NCBI GenBank assembly: GCA_950097015.1
Contig: CATNEN010000024.1
Coordinates: 558,001-622,000, forward strand
Reading direction: 5' to 3'
Length of the DNA stretch: 64,000 nucleotides
DNA from: Macrostomum hystrix
Lineage: Eukaryota; Animalia; Platyhelminthes
Made by a program: the position numbers and the translations under genes. The notes beneath the pieces were generated by a model, which saw only the letters and a program-made list of their open reading frames with translations, was not told the DNA's origin and did no database searches. How positions within the stretch are numbered: position 1 is the stretch's first letter; each line of letters begins with the position of its first letter. Positions 1 to 10,778 of this stretch are shown piece by piece.

Positions 1-1351
1 AGGAGGAGAGGCAGTAGAAAAGACAGGAGGAGAGGCAGTAGAAAAGACAGGAGGAGAGGGAGGAGAAAAGACAGGAGGAGAGGGAGGAGAAAAGACAGGA
101 GGAGAGGGAGGAGAAAAGACAGGAGGAGAGGGAGGAGAAAAGACAGGAGGAGAGGGAGTAGAAAAGACAGGAGGAGAGGGAGTAGAAGAGACAGGAGAAG
201 AGGGAGGAGAAAAGACAGGAGGAGAGGGAGGAGAAAAGACAGGAGGAGAGGGAGGAGAAAAGACAGGAGGAGAGGGAGGAGAAAAGACAGGAGGAGAGGG
301 AGGAGAAAAGACAGGAGGAGAGGGAGTAGAAGAGACAGGAGAAGAGGGAGGAGAAAAGACAGGAGGAGAGGGAGGAGAAAAGACAGGAGGAGAGGGAGGA
401 GAAAAGACAGGAGGAGAGGGAGGAGAAAAGACAGGAGGAGAGGGAGGAGAAAAGACAGGAGGAGAGGGAGTAGAAAAGACAGGAGGAGAGGGAGGAGAAA
501 AGACAGGAGGAGAGGGAGTAGAAAAGACAGGAGGAGAGGGAGGAGAAAAGACAGGAGGAGAGGGAGGAGAAAAGACAGGAGGAGAAGGAGGAGAAAAGAC
601 AGGAGGAGAGGGAGTAGAAGAGACAGGAGAAGAGGGAGGAGAAGAGACAGGAGAAGAGGGAGGAGAATAGACAGGAGGAGAGGGAGGAGAAAAGACAGGA
701 GGAGAGGGAGGAGAAAAGACAGGAGGAGAGGGAGGAGAAAAGACAGGAGGAGAGGGAGGAGAAAAGACAGGAGGAGAAGGAGGAGAAAAGACAGGAGGAG
801 AGGGAGTAGAAGAGACAGGAGAAGAGGGAGGAGAAGAGACAGGAGAAGAGGGAGGAGAATAGACAGGAGGAGAGGGAGGAGAAAAGACAGGAGGAGAGGG
901 AGGAGAAAAGACAGGAGGAGAGGGAGGAGAAAAGACAGGAGGAGAGCGAGGAGAAAAGACAGGAGGAGAGGGAGTAGAAAAGACAGGAGGAGAGGGAGTA
1001 GAAGAGACAGGAGGAGAGGGAGGAGAAAAGACAGGAGGAGAGGGAGGAGAAAAGACAGGAGGAGAGGGAGGAGAAAAGACAGGAGGAGAGGGAGGAGAAA
1101 AGACAGGAGGAGAGGGAGGAGAAAAGACAGGAGGAGAGGGAGTAGAAAAGACAGGAGGAGAGGGAGTAGAAGAGACAGGAGAAGAGGGAGGAGAAGAGAC
1201 AGGAGAAGAGGGAGGAGAATAGACAGGAAGAGAGGGAGGATAAAAGACAGGAGGAGAGGGAGGAGAAAAGACAGGAGAAGGGGGAGGAGAAAAGACAGGA
1301 AGAGAGGGAGGATAAAAGACAGGAGGAGAGGGAGTAGAAGAGACAGGAGAA
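1..1351. repeat. 24-bp purine-rich minisatellite (AGGAGGAGAGGGAGGAGAAAAGAC)n
   Basis: Direct periodicity; continues off-window. Confidence 0.95.
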
Positions 1352-1924
1352 AATATCTTATGGACGTGGACAATCAAATCAGAGTTTTTCAATCACCAAC
1401 AACAGCATCAGAAACGGCACTCTATTAGTTACTCTTATACTCGTAGTAGTTCTATTAATGTACTTGTATAGATCGAGATGAAAGTTGCATTTTAAAAGCA
1501 GGGTCGGGCCCACCTCTTTGGAGACTAAACGGGGGTACCCAGCAGAACAGGGAAAAGCTATTAGCCTAGTTCTTTATCGGCTTATCCACCATTTTTCGTC
1601 TCCGAGCCGAAAATGGTTTGAAAGCTGAAATCAAATAGTGCCCGAGGAAGAATTCGGAATCTGGGCTTTTTTTCCTCAATTTGCGCATTAAACTAGATTT
1701 TCTGTCGATTTTTTTCGACAAAACATTTCCGTGCTTTGTCGACTTTCGAAACTTTGCTGGTCGTCACATCCTGCTTTGGTGAGGGTTTCTTGGAATTTTC
1801 AATTAAAATTTTGGTGGCTTTGTTGTTTTTTGTGTTCAGTTCATTGGACATTCTGATATGGATATAATGATTAGGATATTCTAAAGTTAAGTTTTTGTGT
1901 TTCATAGTGTTTTTCGTGGGTTTA

Positions 1925-2730
1925 TAAAGGTTTAAGTGGCATTCATGGAGGTTTAAGCGCGTTTCATTGAGATTTAAGCGGGTTTCATGGAGGTTTAAGT
2001 GGCTTTCATAGAGGTTTAAGCGGGTTTCATGGAGGTTTAAGTGGGTTGTATGGAGGTTTAAGTGGGTTGTATGGAGGTTTAAGCGGGTTTCATAGAGGTT
2101 TAAGCGGGTTTCATGGAGGTTTAAGCGGGTTTCATAGAGGTTTAAGCGGGTTTCATAGAGGTTTAAGCGGGTTTCATAGAGGTTTAAGCGGGTTTCATAG
2201 AGGTTTAAGCGGGTTTCATGGAGGTTTAAGCGGGTTTCATGGAGGTTTAAGCGCGTTTCATTGAGGTTTAAGCGGGTTTCATGGAGGTTTAAGTGGGTTT
2301 CATGGAGGTTTAAGTGGGTTTCATGGAGGTTTAAGCGGGTTTCATGGAGGTTTTAGCGCGTTTCATTGAGGTTTTCGTGGGTTTATAAAGGTTTAAGTGG
2401 CTTTCATGGAGGTTTAAGCGGATTTCATGGAGGTTTAAGTGGGTTTCATAGAGGTTTGAGTGGGTTTCATGGAGGTTTAAGTGGGTTTCATAGAGGTTTA
2501 AGCGGGTTTCATGGAGGTTTAAGCGGGTTTCATGGAGGTTTAAGCGGGTTTCATAGAGGTTTGAGTGGGTTTCATGGAGGTTTAAGTGGGTTTCATAGAG
2601 GTTTGAGTGGGTTTCATGGAGGTTTAAGTGGGTTTCATAGAGGTTTAAGCGGGTTTCATGGAGGTTTAAGCGGGTTTCATGGAGGTTTAAGCGGGTTTCA
2701 TAGAGGTTTAAGCGGGTTTCATGGAAGTTT
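1925..2730. repeat. 21-bp minisatellite (GGAGGTTTAAGCGGGTTTCAT)n
   Basis: Direct periodicity; source of the GLSGFH ORFs. Confidence 0.95.
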
Positions 2731-2965
2731 CTGTGATACTGTGATGGGGTTCTTGAGTTTTATGTACTTTCGTGTGATATTGAGGTTTTAAGCTTTTTAG
2801 AATTTCGGCGAATCTAGGAATTGGTTTATTGAATATTTGAGAATTTTGTGTTTCACAATATTATATTGTTCTATTTGTTTATTTGCTGAGATTTTTATGG
2901 ATATATAGTTATTGTGCTTTTAAAAATAACTTCCACTCCATTGGCACACTTTATTCCCATCTCAC

Positions 2966-5900
2966 CTATGGTCGTCACAATGGTGATGGCGTAGAGCAGT
3001 GCGCCAGGGAAGGTCCAGATGGTCTGGTTGACTCCGGGCTTGTCATCGTCTGGGCGGCTCCAGCCGCGGATGGCGCAGCCGTAGACTAGCTCCTCCAGCC
3101 TCAGCGCCCAGGAGTGCAGCTCGGCGCTATAGTTGTACCTGGCCAGCAGGGCCCGGGTGCCACCAATCGAATCGTCTCTGGCGCCCTTGATGCTTTCTAG
3201 CAGATTCTTGTTGTTAACCAGCTCCAGGTGGGTAACGCTGGTGAAATTGTATAGGCTGGCCTGCATTGCCTCTAGGGATGCTTGCACCTGTAGAACCTGG
3301 TGCCTGTAGGCTGTGGAGTGATTAAACAGCTGAAAAACTTCCTCGCGGATGCGCGCCTTAGCCGCCTCCACCGCCTCGCGAAGCTCCTTGCTCAATTTGA
3401 GTTTGGATCTGAGTGAAAATGGTTAAATTCATTATTTTTTTACTTTTTTCAAAATGCACTTGAGTCAAAAATGTACTTTAGTAGAAATGTACTTTAGTAG
3501 AAATGTACTTTAGTATAAATGAACTTTAGTATAAATGTACTTTAGTATAAATGTACTTTAGTAGAAATGTACTTTAGTAGAAATGTACTTTAGTAGAAAT
3601 GTACTTTAATAGAAATGTACTTTAGTAGAAATGTACTTTAGTAGAAATGTACTTTAGTTGAAATGTACTTTAGACGAAAATGTTCTTTGTCTACAATGTA
3701 ATTTGTCCGAAATGTACTTTTATCTAACATTTACTTTGGAACTGAGTTGTCTAAAGTGAGTTTTTGTAAAAAACAAATTACCTTATATTTAAGTAGGTAA
3801 TTTCAACTACTAATGTGCTTTTTAAATGTACTGTCCAGTGAGGTTTTTAAAAAAATACTATTCGAGGTGCTGACTTTTCAAAAGTACTTATTTTTTAATT
3901 TAATGAACTTCATTTATTCTATCAGTGTTCTAAATTCCAGATTATGTAGTTAAAACTAAACAATATAATTTTTAACTATCTAAAAGCATTTTTCTTAGAC
4001 TCGAAAACTTTTGTCGCGGATTAATCTCACTTGTCAATCTGCTGTCGCACCTTGTGCACCATGTTATCGAAGTCTTGCATGCTCCGGCCAATCTTTCCTG
4101 AGCCGTTTCCTCCGAAATGAGCCTCGCATGGCGGACAGCTCACGTTTGATAAGAGACTGCTCAAATAAGAGACCTGTGTGTCAATGCTGTCCTCGTGCTG
4201 GCTGAAGTCGCCCTGCAGCTGGTGCAACAGTTGAGCGTTCGAGTCGCCAACTTCTCGCACAGCGTCGGCAAGGCGGAGTCGACTCAAACTCAGTGTCTGG
4301 CTAACGTTGAGCAGCTTCTTATAGGAGTCGCCGGCGATATCTTCCAGATTGTGTAGCACCTTCTCAAATTCTGATTTCACGTCACTGAGCATGTCCGTCA
4401 CTGGCTTGGTCATGTTGGCGCTGTTGGGGATTGGTGGGATGAGCATTTGCTACCTGATTAGAGACTCGATAAGACTTGGTATGTGATTCGAGAAGAAGAA
4501 CTGGTATGGGATTCGAGAGGATTTGGTATGGGATTCGAGAGGATTTGACATGGGATTCGAGAGGATTCGATATGGGATTCGAGAGGATTTGACATGGGAT
4601 TCGAGAGGATTCGATATGGGATTCGAGAGGATTTGGTATGGGATTCGAGAGGATTTGACATGGGATTCGAGAGGATTCGATATGGGATTCGAGAGGATTT
4701 GGTATGGGATTTGAGAGGATTTGGTATGGGATTTGAGAGTATATCGTATGGGATTTGAATGGATTTGGTATGGGATTCGAGAGTATATCGTATGGGATTC
4801 GAGAGTATATTGTATGGGATTTGAGCGGGTTTAGTATGAAAGTAAAGAAAATTTAAAATGGGATTTTTTTAATTGCGATGATAATTGAGCTTATTTTGTG
4901 AATTATTGTCATGGAGTTTTAAAAGAACATTTTTCCATCGCATTTTTAAACCCTGAGCTGCAAGTCGCAGTCAGTGAAGAGGCAATTCCCATATTTTTTT
5001 AGTCCTTTTTTATCGTCATTTTACAACCTGCAGAGGGAAATATTCGTCACTAATTTAATTAAGTTGCACTTCTGCGGCAAGGATCGGGTTAATAACCAGT
5101 TCAGCTAGGCCTTGTACTTGCTGTTGCATTGTCGGCCTTGTCTTGTTTGCTCATAATCAGCCAGCTAGTTCGACTGCTGCTGATCGAGCTGCCAATAGCA
5201 GACTTCCAAATCCTTTTTTATTCGCATCCCGTTCTGCTTGGAGAGGCTATCACAACAATCTACCGGCTGCACAGCATCTGTGAATAATTCATCTGGTCTG
5301 AGCTTGCGCTGGAACACCAGAAATTATCCACGACCAACTCCCAACATCTGCTATCCCTCAGTCCCTCCTTTGATCTGTACTCTCCCTCCCTTGATCTTGT
5401 CTCCCTCCCTCCCTGATCTTGTCTCCCTCCCTCCCTGACCTTGTCTCCCTCCCACCCTGATCTTGTCTCCCTCCCACCCTGATCTTGTCTCCCTCCCTCC
5501 CTGACCTTGTCTCCCTCCCTCCCTGATCTTGTCTCCCTCCCACCCTGACCTTGTCTCCCTCCCACCCTGACCTTGTCTCCCTCCCTCCCTGATCTTGTCT
5601 CCCTCCCACCCTGATCTTGTCTCCCTCCCACCCTGACCTTGTCTCCCTCCCACCCTGACCTTGTCTCCCTCCCACCCTGACCTTGTCTCCCTCCCTGATC
5701 TTGTCTCCCTCCCTGATCTTGTCTCCCTCCCTCCCTGACCTTGTCTCCCTCCCTCCCTGACCTTGTCTCCCTCCCTCCCTGACCTTGTCTCCCTCCCTCC
5801 CTGACCTTGTCTCCCTCCCTCCCTGACCTTGTCTCCCTCCCACCCTGACCTTGTCTCCCTCCCACCCTGACCTTGTCTCCCTCCCTGATCTTGTCTCCCT

Positions 5901-8900
5901 CCCTGATCTTGTCTCCCTCCCACCCTGACCTTGTCTCCCTCCCTCCCTGATCTTGTCTCCCTCCCTCCCTGATCTTGTCTCCCTCCCTCCCTGATCTTGT
6001 CTCCCTCCCTCCCTGATCTTGTCTCCCTGCCACCCTGACCTTGTCTCCCTCCCTGATCTTGTCTCCCTCCCTGATCTTGTCTCCCTCCCTCCCTGATCTT
6101 GTCTCTCTCCATCCCTTGATCTCGTCTCTCTCCATCCCTTGATCTCGTCTCTCTCCATCCCTTGATCTCGTCTCTCTCCATCCCTTGATCTCGTCTCTCT
6201 CCATCCCTTGATCTCGTCTCTCTCCATCTCTTTGATCTCGTCTCTCTCCCTCCCTTGATCTTGTCTCTCTCCCTCCTTTTGATCTATCTTCTCCCTCTGT
6301 TGCTATAGTCTACAAGGTAGTCTTGATAGCTTTGCATTATTTTTCTTAAATTGATTAATTAATTAAACTCCCGTCTCCATCATTTGCTTTCCGTTTCCAA
6401 GTACGAGTTCGACTGCAACGCTCGGTGAAGCATAAAAATAAAGCAAAATTATGGATTATGGCCCAGCCAATGAGTTTTGCCTTAGATGTAATTTGGATTC
6501 AGTGAACTAAAATATTTATTATATAATTGGAGATAAAAATATATCTTAGTAAAAGAGACATATATTCTTTGTAGATTTACGTCAAGATCATTTAGCTTGT
6601 TAGGCCTGTTAGGCAGGGCAAATATCTGTTAGATTGGGCTAATATCTGTTAGATTGGGCTAATACCTGTTAGATTGGGCTAATATCTGTTAGATTGGGCT
6701 AATACCTGTTAGATTGGGCTAATATCTGTTAGATTGGGCTAATATCTGTTAGATTGGGCTAATACCTGTTAGATTGGGCTAATATCTGTTAGATTGGGCT
6801 AATTTCTGTTAGATTGGGCTAATACCGGTTAGATTGGGCTAATATCTGTTAGATTGGGCTAATATCTGTTAGATTGGGCTAATTTCTGTTAGATTGGGCT
6901 AATATCTGTTAGATTGGGCTAATATCTGTTAGATTGGGCTAATATCTGTTAGATTGGGCTAATACCTGTTAGATTGGGCTAATATCTGTTAGATTGGGCT
7001 AATTTCTGTTAGATTGGGCTAATATCTGTTAGATTGGGCTAATATCTGTTAGATTGGGCAAATACCTGTTAGATTGGGCTAATATCTGTTAGATTGGGCT
7101 AATATCTGTTAGATTAGGCTAATACCTGTTAGATTGGGCTAATATCTGTTAGATTGGGCTAATTTCTGTTAGATTGGGCTAATATCTGTTAGATTGGGCT
7201 AATATCTGTTAGATTGGGCTAATATCTGTTAGATTGGGCTAATATCTGTTAGATTAGGCTAATATCTGTTAGATTAGGCTAATATCTGTTAGATTGGGCT
7301 AATATCTGTTAGATTGGGCTAATATCTGTTAGATTGGGCTAATATCTGTTAGATTGGGCTAATATCTGTTAGATTGGGCTAATATCTGTTAGATTGGGCT
7401 AATATCTGTTAGATTGGGCTAATACCTGTTAGATTGGGCTAATATCTGTTAGATTGGGCTAATATCTGTTAGATTGGGCTAATATCTGTTAGATTGGGCT
7501 AATATCTGTTAGATTGGGCTAATACCTGTTAGATTGGGCTAATATCTGTTAGATTGGGCTAATATCTGTTAGATTGGGCTAATATCTGTTAGATTGGGCT
7601 AATATCTGTTAGATTGGGCTAATACCTGTTAGATTGGGCTAATATCTGTTAGATTGGGCTAATATCTGTTAGATTGGGCTAATATCTGTTAGATTGGGCT
7701 AATATCTGTTAGATTGGGCTAATACCTGTTAGATTGGGCTAATATCTGTTAGATTGGGCTAATATCTGTTAGATTGGGCTAATATCTGTTAGATTGGGCT
7801 AATATCTGTTAGATTGGGCTAATACCTGTTAGATTGGGCTAATATCTGTTAGATTGGGCTAATACCTGTTAGATTGGGCTAATATCTGTTAGATTGGGCT
7901 AATATCTGTTAGATTGGGCTAATATCTGTTAGATTGGGCTAATATCTGTTAGATTGGGCTAATACCTGTTAGATTGGGCTAATATCTATTAGATTGGGCT
8001 AATACCTGTTAGATTGGGCTAATATCTGTTAGATTGGGCTAATATCTGTTAGATTGGGCTAATACCTGTTAGATTGGGCTAATATCTGTTAGATTGGGCT
8101 AATTTCTGTTAGATTGGGCTAATACCGGTTAGATTGGGCTAATATCTGTTAGATTGGGCTAATATCTGTTAGATTGGGCTAATTTCTGTTAGATTGGGCT
8201 AATATCTGTTAGATTGGGCTAATATCTGTTAGATTGGGCTAATATCTGTTAGATTGGGCTAATACCTGTTAGATTGGGCTAATATCTGTTAGATTGGGCT
8301 AATTTCTGTTAGATTGGGCTAATATCTGTTAGATTGGGCTAATATCTGTTAGATTGGGCAAATACCTGTTAGATTGGGCTAATATCTGTTAGATTGGGCT
8401 AATATCTGTTAGATTAGGCTAATACCTGTTAGATTGGGCTAATATCTGTTAGATTGGGCTAATTTCTGTTAGATTGGGCTAATATCTGTTAGATTGGGCT
8501 AATATCTGTTAGATTGGGCTAATATCTGTTAGATTGGGCTAATATCTGTTAGATTAGGCTAATATCTGTTAGATTAGGCTAATATCTGTTAGATTGGGCT
8601 AATACCTGTTAGATTGGGCTAATATCTGTTAGATTAGGCTAATACCTGTTAGATTGGGCTAATATCTGTTAGATTGGGCTAATTTCTGTTAGATTGGGCT
8701 AATATCTGTTAGATTGGGCTAATATCTGTTAGATTGGGCTAATATCTGTTAGATTGGGCTAATATCTGTTAGATTAGGCTAATATCTGTTAGATTAGGCT
8801 AATATCTGTTAGATTGGGCTAATACCTGTTAGATTGGGCTAATATCTGTTAGATTAGGCTAATATCTGTTAGATTAGGCTAATATCTGTTAGATTGGGCA

Positions 8901-10377
8901 AATATCTGTTAGATTAGGCTAATATCTGTTAGATTGGGCAAATATCTGTTAGATTAGGCTAATATCTGTTAGATTGGGCTAATATCTGTTAGATTGGGCT
9001 AATATCTGTTAGATTGGGCTAATATCTGTTAGATTGGGCTAATATCTGTTAGATTGGGCTAATATCTGTTAGATTAGGCTAATATCTGTTAGATTGGGCT
9101 AATATCTGTTAGATTAGGCTAATATCTGTTAGATTGGGCTAATATCTGTTAGATTGGGCTAATATCTGTTAGATTAGGCTAATATCTGTTAGATTGGGCT
9201 AATATCTGTTAGATTGGGCTAATATCTGTTAGATTGGGCTAATATCTGTTAGATTGGGCTAATATCTGTTAGATTGGGCTAATATCTGTTAGATTGGGCT
9301 AATATCTGTTAGATTGGGCTAATATCTGTTAGATTGGGCTAATATCTGTTAGATTGGGCTAATATCTGTTAGATTGGGCTAATATCTGTTAGATTGGGCT
9401 AATATCTGTTAGATTGGGCTAATATCTGTTAGATTGGGCTAATATCTGTTAGATTGGGCTAATATCTGTTAGATTGGGCTAATATCTGTTAGATTGGGCT
9501 AATATCTGTTAGATTGGGCTAATATCTGTTAGATTGGGCTAATATCTGTTAGATTGGGCTAATATCTGTTAGATTGGGCTAATATATGTTAGATTAGGCT
9601 AATATCTGTTAGATTGGGCTAATATATGTTAGATTGGGCTAATATTTGTTAGATTGGGCTAATATCTGTTAGATTGGGCTAATACCTGTTAGATTGGGCT
9701 AATATCTATTAGATTGGGCTAATATCTGTTAGATTGGGCTAATATCTGTTAGATTGGGCTAATATCTGTTAGATTGGGCTAATACCTGTTAGATTGGGCT
9801 AATATCTGTTAGATTGGGCTAATATCTGTTAGATTGGGCTAATACCTGTTAGATTGGGCTAATATCTGTTAGATTGGGCTAATACCTGTTAGATTGGGCT
9901 AATATCTGTTAGATTGGGCTAATATCTGTTAGATTGGGCTAATATCTGTTAGATTGGGCTAATATCTGTTAGATTGGGCTAATATCTGTTAGATTGGGCT
10001 AATATCTGTTAGATTGGGCTAATACCTAATAGACAGGTCTAATAACTAATAGACAGGTCTAATAACTAATAGACAGGGCTAATACCTGTTAGGCAGGTAC
10101 TTATTTACCTCATGTAGGCTCGAGTTCGCGCCACACTCTCGGTGTTCATCCGGTTGTCCAGCACTGACCGCTCATATTCCAGGTAGACAAATAGGTAGGC
10201 ACCTGACAGAGTGTAGCCAATCACAAGCAGGCACAGGCCGATGTGAGAAAATAGAAACGCCACCGAAGTCTTCAGGCAGGAGACGCAGCGACGTCTTCGA
10301 CGCTTCCAATTGGACACTTTCGGCCTGGACGGCGGCTGCTTCGCCGGCGACCTCTTCGGCTGTTTTTCGTCCGCCAT
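2966..10377 (-). CDS. Two-pore-domain potassium channel (K2P/TWK family), 5' part; exons 10377-10109, 4449-4031, 3408-2966; rest off-window to the left
   Basis: Exon 1 encodes TM1 (FLFSHIGLCLLVIGYTLSGAYLFVYLE) and ends AG|GTAAAT. The last visible exon has the P1 signature WTFPGALLYAITIVTTIG, split at G|GTGAG (the TIG|YG intron position typical of K2P genes). The 4031/3408 junction is phase-2 compatible. The 10109 to 4449 junction is not, so an exon is missing or disrupted. Confidence 0.85.
3475..3725. repeat. 17-bp minisatellite (TAGTAGAAATGTACTTT)n
   Basis: Direct periodicity. Confidence 0.9.
4500..4830. repeat. 22-bp minisatellite (GGTATGGGATTCGAGAGGATTT)n
   Basis: Direct periodicity. Confidence 0.9.
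5385..6295. repeat. 22/18-bp pyrimidine-rich minisatellite (CCTGATCTTGTCTCCCTCCCTC)n
   Basis: Direct periodicity; source of three ~300-aa spurious ORFs. Confidence 0.95.
6620..10095. repeat. 20-bp minisatellite (AATATCTGTTAGATTGGGCT)n, ~170 copies
   Basis: Highly homogeneous array abutting the K2P exon-1 donor. Confidence 0.98.
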
Positions 10378-10547
10378 AGTTGACGCAGCCGCCGCCGCTG
10401 GCGGATGGTTGTTGGACTCTCCAGCTTCTTGGCGATGTTAAAGAGAAATTATTTGTTAATTTGTCCACGGACTGAATAGCGCTACAAAGCATTTTAGTAG
10501 CACATCCGCCACAATTAGGCAATATAAACTAATATTTTTATTGATTA

Positions 10548-10750
10548 CGCCTGCCCCCACGCAGCTATTGAGTACGGCTGTTCAGTCCATGGACTGGTGA
10601 GACTGCACACCCACCCTCAATTAGACCAGCAATGCAGAGTTCAGTGTGTTTGTTGCTAATAGAAACAAACTGTTTCAGTGGATTTGGGAATCGAACCCCC
10701 GACCTTCAAGTCGTGAGTCCGATGCCCTAACCACTAGGCTGCATCTCCCG
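10548..10750 (-). mobile_element. tRNA-derived SINE, family B
   Basis: Head GCCTAGTGGTTAGGGCA...GGTTCGATTCCC; tail CCAGTCCATGGACTGAACAGCCGTAC shared with ~17850 and ~31075. Confidence 0.8.
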
Positions 10751-10778
10751 GGAACAACTGGTAAGGTGTAATTTCTAT

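Noticed and set aside
1351-1920. Downstream K2P exons (YG..., TM2) in this unique island, including ORF 1693..1905
   Set aside because: No phase-1 exon starting with a Tyr-Gly pore continuation was found, and the sequence is AT-rich. The remaining exons are presumably off-window.
10690-10750. tRNA genes at the A/B-box sequences (also 14808, 28365, 55545, 63772)
   Set aside because: No acceptor-stem closure is visible and most heads run into shared SINE bodies.
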